Below, piece after piece: positions 1 to 8,844 of a stretch of DNA of 64,000 bases (positions are counted from its first letter, which is position 1; each line of letters opens with the position of its first letter). Source of the DNA: Acidimicrobiaceae bacterium (GTDB lineage: Bacteria > Actinomycetota > Acidimicrobiia > Acidimicrobiales > Aldehydirespiratoraceae). The position numbers were made by a program, and so were the translations under genes. The stretch lies in NCBI GenBank assembly GCA_016845585.1, contig JAERSO010000076.1:8565-72564 (forward strand), read 5' to 3'. Below the pieces are notes generated by a model, which was not told the origin of the DNA, did no database searches, and saw nothing but the letters and a program-made list of their open reading frames with translations.

Positions 1-2
1 GC

Positions 3-194
3 ACCGACCTCACCCAGGCGATGACCGACGCACTCGCGGAAGACGTCGGCGACGAGGCTGCAGCATGCGTCACCGATGCGCTCGGTGAGACGGTGATCAA
101 CGAGATCATCCGCGCCCAGTGGGCCAACGACACCGCCGCGCTCGAGCGCACGCAGGAGGCCTTCGGCATCGCCGCCGGCGTCTGCGGGCTCTGA
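3..194 (+). CDS. 3' end of a gene cut by the window edge (hypothetical protein)
   Basis: Frame is open from the window edge to TGA at 192-194, with GC-rich third positions. Translates ...TDALGETVINEIIRAQWANDTAALERTQEAFGIAAGVCGL*. No family recognised. Confidence 0.35.
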   Translation, partial: TDLTQAMTDALAEDVGDEAAACVTDALGETVINEIIRAQWANDTAALERTQEAFGIAAGVCGL

Positions 195-287
195 TCGCTC
201 GGCACCCTCGGCTCGACACATCGTCGTCGCCTGCGGGAGCTGTGACGGGCTGGGGTCGATCGATCCCTGCCCGCTACGGTCTCCCGC

Positions 288-1085
288 ATGGCTGACGACT
301 GGTTCGAGAAACACGAAGGGCTGCGCTTCGAGCGGCGTGACCACGGCATCCTCTGGATGACGATCGACCGGCCGGAGGCGATGAACGCCACCACGGCCGG
401 CATGCACCTTTCGCTGAGCCGGGTCTGGGACGACATCAACGACGACCCCGACACGAAGGTCGTCGTCGTCACCGGCGAGGGCAAGGCCTTCTCCGCCGGC
501 GGCGACCTGGAGTGGATCAGCAGCTTCATCGGCGACCCGGTGGAACTCCGGCAGGTCATGCGCGAAGCCGGCGACGTCGTCTACCGGATGCTGCGCTGCG
601 AGAAGATCATCATCTCCGCCATCAACGGCGTCGCCGTGGGCGCCGGGCTCGCCGTGGCACTCATGGCCGACATCAGCCTGATCGATGAGGAGGCGCGGTT
701 CACCGACGGCCATCTCAGCATCGGTGTCGGCGCCGGCGATCACGCCGTCATCTGCTGGCCGCTGTTGTGCGGTATGGCGAAGGCCAAGTACTACCTGCTC
801 ACCGCCGACTTCATCGACGGGAAGACGGCCGACCAGATCGGGCTGGTCAGCAAGGCGCTGCCCGCCGACGAGCTGCTCGGCGAGGCTGAGCGAGTGGCCA
901 CCAAGCTCGCCACCGGTCCCCAGCAAGCACTGCAACTCACCAAGCGGGCGCTGAACCTCTGGATGAACCAGGCGGCACCGGCCTTCGACGCCAGTCTCGC
1001 CTTCGAGATGCTCGGCTTCCTCGGGCCCGAAGGGGCAGAGGGCGTGGCGTCGATGCAGGAGAAGCGCAGGCCCGACTTCACCTGA
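288..1085 (+). CDS. enoyl-CoA hydratase/isomerase (crotonase) family protein
   Basis: 265-aa ORF with crotonase-type segments VVVVTGEGKAFSAGGDL and INGVAVGAGLAVALMADI. Its stop overlaps the next start (TGATG). Confidence 0.85.
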   Translation: MADDWFEKHEGLRFERRDHGILWMTIDRPEAMNATTAGMHLSLSRVWDDINDDPDTKVVVVTGEGKAFSAGGDLEWISSFIGDPVELRQVMREAGDVVYRMLRCEKIIISAINGVAVGAGLAVALMADISLIDEEARFTDGHLSIGVGAGDHAVICWPLLCGMAKAKYYLLTADFIDGKTADQIGLVSKALPADELLGEAERVATKLATGPQQALQLTKRALNLWMNQAAPAFDASLAFEMLGFLGPEGAEGVASMQEKRRPDFT

Positions 1086-2527
1086 TGGCGGCACCGACCG
1101 ACTTCCTGGGTCTGCTCGACGGCTCCGACTCGGTCATCCATGTGGATGGGGCAACGCTGTCGGCTCGCGACCTGGTTCGGTGGGGTACCTCGGCCGCAGC
1201 CCACCTACGCGCGTCAGGGCTGGTGGCCGGGGATCGAGTGGCGGTGTGGATGGCGAACAGTGAGCGCTACCTCGTCGCCCTGGCCGCCTGCGCGGCGGGC
1301 GGATACGTGGCCGTGTCGATCAACACGCGGTACGGCGAGGCCGAAGCCGCCGATCTCATCACCCGATCCGGGGCGGAGCTCACCGTCGTCGATCACACGA
1401 CGCCGGCTGACCCCCCGGGCCCGACGGTGGCGGCGCAGGAGCTCCTCGACACCGTCCGGTCACCCGAGGCCCCGGTCGGCGCGTCCGGTGACCACTTCGT
1501 CGTCTTCACCACCTCGGGCACGACGAGCAAGCCGAAGATGGTGGTGCACGAGCAGCGATCGATCGCCGTTCACGCGCACGACATGGCGAAGGGTGCTGAG
1601 ATCCGAGCCGACGACGTGGTCCTCGTCGCCATGCCCCTCTGCGGGGTCTTCGGTCTCTGCACGTTCACCAGTGCGCTGGCCGCGGGAAGCACCATCGTCA
1701 TGCCGACCGGGTTCGATGTCGCCCGCACGGCCGACCTGATCACCGATCACCACGTCACGATCACCCATGGAAGCGATGACATGTTCCACCGGCTCCTCGG
1801 GCACGGGGCGGACCTGCGCTCACTGCGCTTCGCCGGGTACGGCCGGTTCAACACCAGCCTCGACGGGATCGTGGATCGGGCCGAGGCCGCGGGCGCGCGT
1901 CTCACCGGCCTCTACGGAATGAGCGAGGTGCAGGCGCTCTTCACGATTCGCGACCACCGCCTTCCCACCGAGGAGCGGGGCCTGGCCGGTGGCACCGTGA
2001 CGTCCCTTGACGCCGACGCCCGTATCGTCGACGGCGAACTCCAACTCCGCGGCCCCAGTCTGTTCGCCGGCTATCTGGCCGAGGGCGGAGCCGAGGTCGA
2101 CGATGCCTTGACCGCCGACAACTTCGACGACGGCTGGTTCCGTACCGGCGACCTCGCCGCGCAGGATGCTGCCACGCCACGCGAGTTCACCTATCTGACT
2201 CGTATGGGAGACGTGCTTCGCCTCGGCGGATTCCTGGTGGCTCCCGCCGAGATCGAGGCGGCGCTCATGGAGGTCGACGGAGTCGTGGAGGCCCAGGTCG
2301 TGGCCGTCGATCGCCCGAACGGTGCTCGACCCGTTGCCTTCGTGATCAGTGACCGGGGCGAGATCGACGAAGCAGCCGCCATCGCCCACTGCGGCGAGCA
2401 CCTCGCCCGCTACAAGGTTCCGATCGCCGTACTGACCATCGATCGCTTCCCGACGACGCCGAGCGCAAACGGCACGAAGATCCAGCGAGTCAAGCTGCGA
2501 GAGATCGCCGAGATCGCCCTGCGGTGA
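1085..2527 (+). CDS. AMP-dependent synthetase/ligase (acyl-CoA synthetase family)
   Basis: 480-aa ORF with AMP-binding motif FTTSGTTSKPKMVVH, WFRTGDLA, and a C-terminal NGTKIQR lysine motif. Confidence 0.85.
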   Translation: MAAPTDFLGLLDGSDSVIHVDGATLSARDLVRWGTSAAAHLRASGLVAGDRVAVWMANSERYLVALAACAAGGYVAVSINTRYGEAEAADLITRSGAELTVVDHTTPADPPGPTVAAQELLDTVRSPEAPVGASGDHFVVFTTSGTTSKPKMVVHEQRSIAVHAHDMAKGAEIRADDVVLVAMPLCGVFGLCTFTSALAAGSTIVMPTGFDVARTADLITDHHVTITHGSDDMFHRLLGHGADLRSLRFAGYGRFNTSLDGIVDRAEAAGARLTGLYGMSEVQALFTIRDHRLPTEERGLAGGTVTSLDADARIVDGELQLRGPSLFAGYLAEGGAEVDDALTADNFDDGWFRTGDLAAQDAATPREFTYLTRMGDVLRLGGFLVAPAEIEAALMEVDGVVEAQVVAVDRPNGARPVAFVISDRGEIDEAAAIAHCGEHLARYKVPIAVLTIDRFPTTPSANGTKIQRVKLREIAEIALR

Positions 2528-2577
2528 GTTCTGCAGCCGTGGACGCGAGGCGACCACGATCGCTCTAGGTTCTGCTC

Positions 2578-2793
2578 ATGCACGCGCGTCGATTCCTTGC
2601 ACCGCTGGCTCTCGCTTCCCTTCTCGCCGGGGCCTGCGGGAGCGACGGCGAGAGCTCGTCGACCAGCAGCACGACGACGAGCACCACGGCAACGACCACC
2701 TCCTCGGTTGCCCCGGCCACGACGACCACCGCACCGGCGACGACCATCACGACGACAACCACGAAGGCGGCCCCGGCACCATCACGACGATGA
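2578..2793 (+). CDS. lipoprotein signal peptide plus Thr/Ser-rich linker; possibly the detached N-terminus of 2790..3491
   Basis: MHARRFLAPLALASLLAGAC has a basic n-region, a hydrophobic core and lipobox LAGAC. About 45 residues of S/T/A/P linker follow, then a TGA that overlaps the next ATG (ATGA at 2790-2793). Confidence 0.4.
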   Translation: MHARRFLAPLALASLLAGACGSDGESSSTSSTTTSTTATTTSSVAPATTTTAPATTITTTTTKAAPAPSRR

Positions 2794-3491
2794 TCACGTT
2801 CGACCCGGTCATGACCGAGTCCGGCTGGCGCAGCGTGGCCCAGGTCACGAGCGATCCCAGCAACGGCGCCGGCGGACCGCAGTCGGTCAACTTCGCCTAC
2901 CAGACCGAGGCGCCGACGTACCCGCTCGGCGAGATCCAGGCCACGCCTGGCGTCATCCGGATCTGGGGCGACATGGACGTCACGTTCGAGGACTCCCCGC
3001 TCGGCGATGAGAGCGGCTTCCGGCTCGACGCGGCGATGAGCGCCCCACCGAACGTCGTCCCGATCCCGTTGCTCGACGTCTTGGTCAGCGAACTCCCGGT
3101 CACCCCCGGCGCGCGCCTGACCGACGTGAGCTTCCGCACTCGTTCCCGTGACGAGGACTCCTTCAGTGCCGAGGAGGGTCTTCGCTACTGGGTCGTCGAC
3201 TTCACGCACGAACTGGCGCCGAACTCCGCCGAATCCGCCCACGAGATGTACCGCGTCGGCCTCGGTGGCAGCATCTACCGGCCCGGGGAGGAGAGCTTCT
3301 TCGATGCCGGCTTCATTCGGGCCAGCGAGCCCTCGGTCAGCGGAGACACGTGGACTCAGCGGATCATCGTGCTCGACCGCTATCCGGGACGGATCTCGGT
3401 CACCACGGACCCTGAAACGGGCGGCGTCACGTCGACGGTTGAAATCACGCTCGAGCCCAACCGCGAAGTGCTCCAACAGTTGCCCGACTGA
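2790..3491 (+). CDS. hypothetical protein (probable mature domain of a lipoprotein)
   Basis: 233-aa ORF with good GC3 bias and no signal peptide of its own. The frame just upstream of the ATG reads G-T-I-T-T, continuing the Thr-rich linker of 2578..2793. Confidence 0.55.
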   Translation: MITFDPVMTESGWRSVAQVTSDPSNGAGGPQSVNFAYQTEAPTYPLGEIQATPGVIRIWGDMDVTFEDSPLGDESGFRLDAAMSAPPNVVPIPLLDVLVSELPVTPGARLTDVSFRTRSRDEDSFSAEEGLRYWVVDFTHELAPNSAESAHEMYRVGLGGSIYRPGEESFFDAGFIRASEPSVSGDTWTQRIIVLDRYPGRISVTTDPETGGVTSTVEITLEPNREVLQQLPD

Positions 3492-3518
3492 TGGCCTGCC
3501 CGGTCTCGGCCCGCCGAA

Positions 3519-4493
3519 CTAGGAGGTGGCGTCGAGGCGCTTCCCGTTCTCGGTGAGGTTGATGTCCCACAGAACTTTGTCGAGTGCGTCGCTCGCGGCG
3601 ATCGACGAGTAGCGCAGAGGCGATTCCGGGGTGACCGTCGACGCCATCGGCGTGAGGATCGTCCACGGCGTGGGATGGGCGAACTGGACGACCGAGTAAC
3701 GATCGCCCTGCTGACCCTCACCGGACACCACCCGGTGGATGCCCGACGGAATCACTCCGTTGCTCAAACGTTCGAGCATCAGACCTGTGTTGATGATGGC
3801 CCGGTTCTCGGGCGGCGCGGCGTCGAGCCATCCGTCCTCGGTCTTAACCTGCAGGCCGGCCGCGGTGGCTCGGGGCAAGGCGGTGATCAGGTTGATGTCG
3901 GCGTGCTCGCCCGCCCAGACGTGTTGCTCGCCCGGCGCCTGCTCCATCGCCGGATAATGGATCGCGCGAGTGAGGGTGGCGCCGTCGACGAGCATCTCGT
4001 CGAAGAAGCTCTCGTGAGCGCCGAGACCTTCGGCAATGATTCGCAGCACACGCGTCTGGAGATCGGCGACTCGCTCGTGGAAGTGCAGGAGCAGGTCGTG
4101 CACGCCGGGCAGATCGGCCTCGGGGAGCGCCGGCGGCCCGTATCGATGCGGATAGCGGTCACGCAACGGGTGGCCCTGCCCGAGCGGCATGCCCCAGTTG
4201 AGCATCTCCTTCCAGTCGGGCACATCGGCGATCGCTGCTGTCTCGACCAGCAGGCCGGTGTAGCCCGTCTGCCCGTGGGAACCCGCGACGATATAGGCGT
4301 CCTTGTTCTCCTGGGGAAGCGTGAAGAAGGCTTCGAGTTGACCGTAGACCTCATCGATCATGCCGACTTCCATGTCGTGCTCGACGTAGACGAAACCGGT
4401 CACCAGGCTGCGGCTCACACCGTCGACCACGGCCCGCCGTTCGGCGGTCGATCCGTTCTCGAAGGCGAGCAGGTCGACGTCAAGGATCTCCAT
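3519..4493 (-). CDS. 2-oxoglutarate/Fe(II)-dependent oxygenase (isopenicillin-N-synthase-like)
   Basis: 324-aa ORF with an HxD iron ligand pair (GEHADINLIT), a distal His (SGIHRVV) and an RxS (DRYSVVQF), arranged as in 2OG oxygenases. Confidence 0.8.
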   Translation of the reverse strand: MEILDVDLLAFENGSTAERRAVVDGVSRSLVTGFVYVEHDMEVGMIDEVYGQLEAFFTLPQENKDAYIVAGSHGQTGYTGLLVETAAIADVPDWKEMLNWGMPLGQGHPLRDRYPHRYGPPALPEADLPGVHDLLLHFHERVADLQTRVLRIIAEGLGAHESFFDEMLVDGATLTRAIHYPAMEQAPGEQHVWAGEHADINLITALPRATAAGLQVKTEDGWLDAAPPENRAIINTGLMLERLSNGVIPSGIHRVVSGEGQQGDRYSVVQFAHPTPWTILTPMASTVTPESPLRYSSIAASDALDKVLWDINLTENGKRLDATS

Positions 4494-4539
4494 GGCGAAA
4501 CGCTAGCGCTTCCTGTCCGGGGGATGACAGGCTCGGAAG

Positions 4540-4908
4540 GTGACCGATTCGGGCAGGTACCACGAACGCGGACCCATCCCCCAGCGGTATCTGACCGCCA
4601 AGGGGCGAGCCGGGCGACTCGAGTACAACGTCATCAACATCGGCTCGCTGGCGCTCATGATCGTGGGTGTCGGGGTCATCGACAACTCTGGACTTCCTGC
4701 ACCGTTCGCCTGGTTCACGGCGATGTTCGCCGCGGCCGGCTACGTCGGCATCTGCGCGACAGCGCGCCGATGCCACGACTTCAACCGGTCACTGGCACAT
4801 CTCACACCGGCCGGCGTCCCCGGCGAACGAAACCCGTGGAACTTCCGAATGCTGGCGTTCTCCGAAGGCGACCCCCGTCCCAACGACTACGGCCCACCTG
4901 CCACCTGA
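4540..4908 (+). CDS. DUF805-like small membrane protein
   Basis: 122 aa with GRAGRLEY near the N-terminus, two hydrophobic helices and an ARRCHDFNRS motif (DUF805-type RRLHD). Confidence 0.55.
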   Translation: MTDSGRYHERGPIPQRYLTAKGRAGRLEYNVINIGSLALMIVGVGVIDNSGLPAPFAWFTAMFAAAGYVGICATARRCHDFNRSLAHLTPAGVPGERNPWNFRMLAFSEGDPRPNDYGPPAT

Positions 4909-5059
4909 CTTGTCCACAGGGTGCTGTGCAAATTACAAGGTTGCGAGGAACGGGGTGATGACACGGTCTGTGACTGCGTCGCCACGGCCACGCAGAGCGC
5001 GAACTGGGGCATGCGCGCCCTGAAAACACAACGAAACCGAAGAACCCTGAAATCACCCC

Positions 5060-5089
5060 TTGACGCCGGTGTAATTACGCGGCTGTAAT
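5060..5089 (+). promoter_or_regulatory. candidate nrdAB promoter (TTGACG - 18 nt - TGTAAT)
   Basis: AT-rich hexamers at 5060-5065 and 5084-5089, about 110 nt upstream of the nrdA start. These are the only sigma70-like pair I see in the 290-nt intergenic region. Confidence 0.35.
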
Positions 5090-5094
5090 TGCAA

Positions 5095-5118
5095 GTCCCA
5101 TCCCTCGCGGGATGGGAC
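5095..5118 (+). promoter_or_regulatory. perfect 10-bp inverted repeat/hairpin at the predicted 5' end of the nrdA mRNA
   Basis: GTCCCATCCC-tcgc-GGGATGGGAC, starting about 6 nt after the putative -10. Confidence 0.4.
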
Positions 5119-5198
5119 GGGGCGATTGTGGAGTCGAGAGCGACGCCCCCGGAGTGCATTGCTCCACCTGGTGATCTCGACGCGGAAGAGGGCCCTTC

Positions 5199-7673
5199 AT
5201 GGCAATTATCGAGGACCGCCTGGCAGCGGTCGACAACAGTGCAACGGCGGTGGAAACCGCCACGAGCATGCGAGTGCGAAAGCGCAACGGCAGTCTCGAG
5301 CCGGTCGACGTCAACAAGATCGTGAACGCGGTCGCCCGGGCCAGCGAGGGCCTGCTCGGCGTCGATCCGATGGTCGTTTCGACCCGCACCATCGCCGCAC
5401 TGGCCGACGGCGCCACCACCCAGGAACTCGACGAGCTGTCGATCCGCACCGCAGCAGGCCTCATCGTCGAGGAGCCGGCGTATTCGAAACTCGCCGCCCG
5501 CATGTTGTCCACCTACATCGACAAGGAAGTTCGCAACCAGAACGCCCCCTGGTTCTCGGAGTCCGTCTCGCTCGGCCACCAGCTTGGGATCATCGGTGAC
5601 GAAGTCCTGAACTTCGTCAACGCCAACGCACCCACGCTCAACGCCGCCATCAACTCCCAGCGCGACAAGAACTTCGAGTTCTTCGGTCTGCGCACCGTGT
5701 ACGACCGCTATCTGCTGCGCCACCCCGAAACTCGCCAGGTCATCGAGACGCCGCAGTACTTCTTCCTTCGCGTCGCCTGTGGCCTCTCCACCAACGCCGA
5801 CGAGGCCATCAAGTTCTACGACCTGATGTCGTCGCTGGCCTACCTCCCGTCCTCGCCGACGCTGTTCAACTCGGGCACCACCCATCCGCAGATGTCCAGC
5901 TGCTACCTGCTGGACTCCCCCGAGGACTCCCTCGAGGGCATCTACAAGCGCTACACCGACATCGCACGCCTGTCGAAGTTCGCCGGCGGCATCGGCGTCG
6001 CCTGGCACCGGATCCGCTCCAAGAACAGCCTGATCGTCGGCACCAACGGCTTGTCCAACGGCATCGTCCCGTGGCTCAAGACGCTCGACGCCTCCGTGGC
6101 CGCCGTCAACCAGGGTGGCCGCCGCAAGGGCGCCGCCTGCGTGTACCTCGAGTCGTGGCACGCCGACATCGAGCAGTTCCTCGAGCTGCGCGACAACACC
6201 GGCGACCACGCCCGCCGTACCCACAACATCAACCTCGCCAACTGGATCCCCGACCTGTTCATGGAACGCGTCGAGAAGGACTGGCAGTGGAGCCTCTTCG
6301 ACCCGAAGAAGGTCCCTGAGCTCATCGACACCTACGGCGACGAGTTCCGCGCCATCTACGAGCAGGCCGAGGCCGACGGCATCTACGAGAAGCAGGTCCC
6401 CGCCCGCCAGCTCTATCAGCGCATGATGAAGTCGCTGGCCGAGACCGGCAACGGCTGGATGACCTTCAAGGACAGCTCGAACCTGAAGTGCAACCAGACC
6501 GGCCCCGGCGAAGCCGGCGACAACAAGAACAACCGCGACCGAGTCGTGCACCTCTCCAACCTCTGCACCGAGATCCTCGAGGTCACCAGCCAGACCGAGA
6601 CCGCGGTGTGCAACCTCGGTTCGGTCAACCTCGGTGAGTTCGTCGAGACCTCCGAGGGCGTCACCGCCGTCGACTACGCCAAGCTCGGCAAGGTCGTGCG
6701 CCAGGTCGTGCCGTTCCTCGATCGGGTAATCGACATCAACTACTACCCCACCGACGAAGCCGCCGTCTCCAACGACCGCTGGCGCCCCGTTGGCCTTGGT
6801 CTGATGGGTCTGCAGGACGTCTTCTTCAAGCTGGGCGTGCCGTTCGACTCACCGGTAGCCCGCGAGGTCAGTCGTCGCATCTCCGAGGAGATCTACTTCA
6901 ACGCCCTGTGGGCCTCGACCGAGCTCGCCGAGGCCAACGGTCCGCACGCGGCGTTCAAGGAGACCCGGGCGGCGTCCGGTGACCTCCAGTTCGATCTGTG
7001 GGACGTGGAGCCGAGCGACGCCGAGCGTTGGGCCCCCCTGCGTGAGCGCATCGAGAAGCACGGTCTGCGCAACTCGCTCATGATCGCCATCGCCCCCACC
7101 GCCACGATCGCTTCGATCGCCGGCTGCTACGAGTGCATCGAGCCGCAGGTGTCCAACCTGTTCAAGCGCGAGACCCTCTCGGGCGAGTTCATGCAGATCA
7201 ACCGCTACCTGGTGAAGGAACTCCAGAGCAGGGGCTTGTGGGACGCCCAGATGATCGCCGACGTGAAGAAGTCCGAGGGTTCGATCCAGGACATCGATCG
7301 CATCCCCGACGATCTCAAGGCCGTCTACCGCACCGCCTGGGAGATTCCGATGAAGTCCCTGATCGAGATGGGTGCCGATCGTGGCGCCTTCATCGATCAG
7401 AGCCAGTCGCTCAACCTCTTCATGGAGTCGCCCACCATCGGCAAGCTCTCGTCGATGTACATGTACGCCTGGAAGGCCGGTCTCAAGACCACGTACTACC
7501 TGCGCAGTCGTCCGGCCACTCGCATCAACAAGACCACGTCCGGCCCCGCGCCAACCACGCCTGGTCCCGCCCCTGACGGTCCTGGCGGCGGTCAACCCAC
7601 CAAGACGTTCACCGACGAAGAGGCCCTGGCCTGCTCACTGGAGAACCCGGAGCACTGCGAGGCGTGCGACTGA
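5199..7673 (+). CDS. nrdA: ribonucleoside-diphosphate reductase alpha subunit, class Ia type with N-terminal ATP-cone
   Basis: 824-aa ORF. ATP-cone MRVRKRNGSLEPVDVNKIV, conserved NLCTEI and catalytic-Cys regions, and a C-terminal Cys pair ...EHCEACD. AAGAGGG Shine-Dalgarno lies 6 nt before ATG 5199; the alternative start ATG 5268 sits directly at the ATP-cone. Confidence 0.95.
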   Translation: MAIIEDRLAAVDNSATAVETATSMRVRKRNGSLEPVDVNKIVNAVARASEGLLGVDPMVVSTRTIAALADGATTQELDELSIRTAAGLIVEEPAYSKLAARMLSTYIDKEVRNQNAPWFSESVSLGHQLGIIGDEVLNFVNANAPTLNAAINSQRDKNFEFFGLRTVYDRYLLRHPETRQVIETPQYFFLRVACGLSTNADEAIKFYDLMSSLAYLPSSPTLFNSGTTHPQMSSCYLLDSPEDSLEGIYKRYTDIARLSKFAGGIGVAWHRIRSKNSLIVGTNGLSNGIVPWLKTLDASVAAVNQGGRRKGAACVYLESWHADIEQFLELRDNTGDHARRTHNINLANWIPDLFMERVEKDWQWSLFDPKKVPELIDTYGDEFRAIYEQAEADGIYEKQVPARQLYQRMMKSLAETGNGWMTFKDSSNLKCNQTGPGEAGDNKNNRDRVVHLSNLCTEILEVTSQTETAVCNLGSVNLGEFVETSEGVTAVDYAKLGKVVRQVVPFLDRVIDINYYPTDEAAVSNDRWRPVGLGLMGLQDVFFKLGVPFDSPVAREVSRRISEEIYFNALWASTELAEANGPHAAFKETRAASGDLQFDLWDVEPSDAERWAPLRERIEKHGLRNSLMIAIAPTATIASIAGCYECIEPQVSNLFKRETLSGEFMQINRYLVKELQSRGLWDAQMIADVKKSEGSIQDIDRIPDDLKAVYRTAWEIPMKSLIEMGADRGAFIDQSQSLNLFMESPTIGKLSSMYMYAWKAGLKTTYYLRSRPATRINKTTSGPAPTTPGPAPDGPGGGQPTKTFTDEEALACSLENPEHCEACD

Positions 7674-8755
7674 TGGCTCTCGCCGACGACCTCAATCTCG
7701 CACCGTCGTACGATCCCGACACGCTCGGGCACCGTGCCACCCCGGCCGCCGTTCGCACGAACATTCTCGATCCCGGCTTCGATCTCACCCTGCGGCCCAT
7801 GCGGTACCCGCAGTTCTTCGAGATGTACAAGGACGCGATCAAGAACACCTGGACCGTCGAGGAAATCGACTTCTCCGACGATCTGACCGACCTCGATCGC
7901 AAGCTCATGCCGGCCGAGAAGCACATGATCAGCCGGCTGGTGGCGTTCTTCGCCACCGGCGACTCGATCGTGGCCAACAACCTCGTCCTCAACCTCTACG
8001 AGCACATCAATGCTCCCGAGGCCCGGATGTACCTGTCACGCCAGCTCTACGAAGAGGCGTTGCACGTTCAGTTCTATTTGAACCTGCTCGACAACTACAT
8101 CCCCGACCATGATGAGCGGGCCGAGGCCTTCGCCGCCATCGAGAACATCCCGTCGATCCGCAAGAAGGCCGAGTTCTGCTTCACGTGGATGGGATCCGTC
8201 GGCAACGGTCCGCTGCAGACCAAGGAGGACCGCAAGCGGTTCCTCATGAACCTGATCTGTTTCGCCGCCTGCATCGAAGGCATGTTCTTCTACGGAGCGT
8301 TCGCCTACGTCTACTTCCTGCGTTCGAAGGGCCTGCTCAACGGCCTCGCCGCCGGCACCAACTGGGTGTTCCGCGATGAGTCGATGCACATGAACTTCGC
8401 CTTCGAGGTCATCGAGACCGTCCGCGCCGAAGAGCCCGATCTGTTCGACGAGGAGTTCGGCCAGCGGGTCACCGCCATGATCGAAGAGTCCGTCGACGCC
8501 GAGTTCCAGTTCGCCGAGGACCTCCTCGGTGAGGGCGTGCCCGGCATGTCGACCGGCGACACCCGGCTCTACCTGGAGTTCGTGGCCGATCAGCGTCTGC
8601 AGCAGCTCGGCCTGCCGAAGCGTTTCGGCTCCAGCAACCCGTTTGCGTTCATGGAGCTGCAGGACGTGCAGGAGCTCTCCAACTTCTTCGAGCGCACCGT
8701 GTCGGCCTACCAGGTCGGCGTGGAGGGCGACGTCGCCTTCGACGAGGACTTCTAG
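7673..8755 (+). CDS. nrdB: ribonucleoside-diphosphate reductase beta subunit
   Basis: Di-iron ligands FFATGDSIV and YEEALHVQFY. This gives an E-x-x-H-x-x-x-Y spacing, so the radical Tyr is present. ATG 7673 overlaps the nrdA stop (TGATG); the ORF track starts at GTG 7664. Confidence 0.9.
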   Translation: MALADDLNLAPSYDPDTLGHRATPAAVRTNILDPGFDLTLRPMRYPQFFEMYKDAIKNTWTVEEIDFSDDLTDLDRKLMPAEKHMISRLVAFFATGDSIVANNLVLNLYEHINAPEARMYLSRQLYEEALHVQFYLNLLDNYIPDHDERAEAFAAIENIPSIRKKAEFCFTWMGSVGNGPLQTKEDRKRFLMNLICFAACIEGMFFYGAFAYVYFLRSKGLLNGLAAGTNWVFRDESMHMNFAFEVIETVRAEEPDLFDEEFGQRVTAMIEESVDAEFQFAEDLLGEGVPGMSTGDTRLYLEFVADQRLQQLGLPKRFGSSNPFAFMELQDVQELSNFFERTVSAYQVGVEGDVAFDEDF

Positions 8756-8800
8756 CTCACACCGATCGAGCCGCTCGCCTCACCAGCGAGGGGACCTCAA

Positions 8801-8833
8801 AACGGCCGTCCTGTTCACCGCAGGGCGGCCGTT
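8801..8833. terminator. hairpin between convergent nrdB and the methyltransferase gene
   Basis: AACGGCCGTCCTG-ttcaccg-CAGGGCGGCCGTT, a 13-bp stem with one G.T pair. On the minus strand it is followed by TTTTGAGG, so it looks like an intrinsic terminator for the minus-strand operon. There is no T-tract on the plus side. Confidence 0.5.
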
Positions 8834-8844
8834 CCGCGTCCTAC

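Noticed and set aside
2597-3010. Arg/Pro/His-rich alternative-frame ORFs over the lipoprotein linker, and similar ones at 20183..21340, 22813..23670, 57125..57853 and 58235..58858
   Set aside because: Their extreme Arg/Pro composition is the usual out-of-frame translation of GC-rich coding DNA. In every case another frame or strand carries a motif-supported gene.
4909-5198. Cobalamin riboswitch and/or NrdR boxes upstream of nrdAB
   Set aside because: These are expected from Streptomyces biology. By eye I could not find a B12 box (…AGYCMGGxGACCxGCC…), the GGGAA/GGUG core in a pairing-compatible arrangement, or tandem 16-bp NrdR palindromes. GCCACGG at about 4980 is only a weak resemblance to GCCACUG. 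I left it as an open check (covariance-model scan) rather than a call.
4887-6551. 554-aa minus-strand ORF overlapping nrdA. The same pattern holds for 30235..31983, 33807..35330, 25639..26361, 44798..45910 and 62374..63198.
   Set aside because: All are antisense to genes with unambiguous homology-type motifs (RNR, acyl-CoA synthetase, molybdoenzyme, mutase, M15 peptidase, GGDEF-EAL). All have low-complexity, Arg/Gly/Val/Asp-rich translations. They are treated as non-coding shadows.
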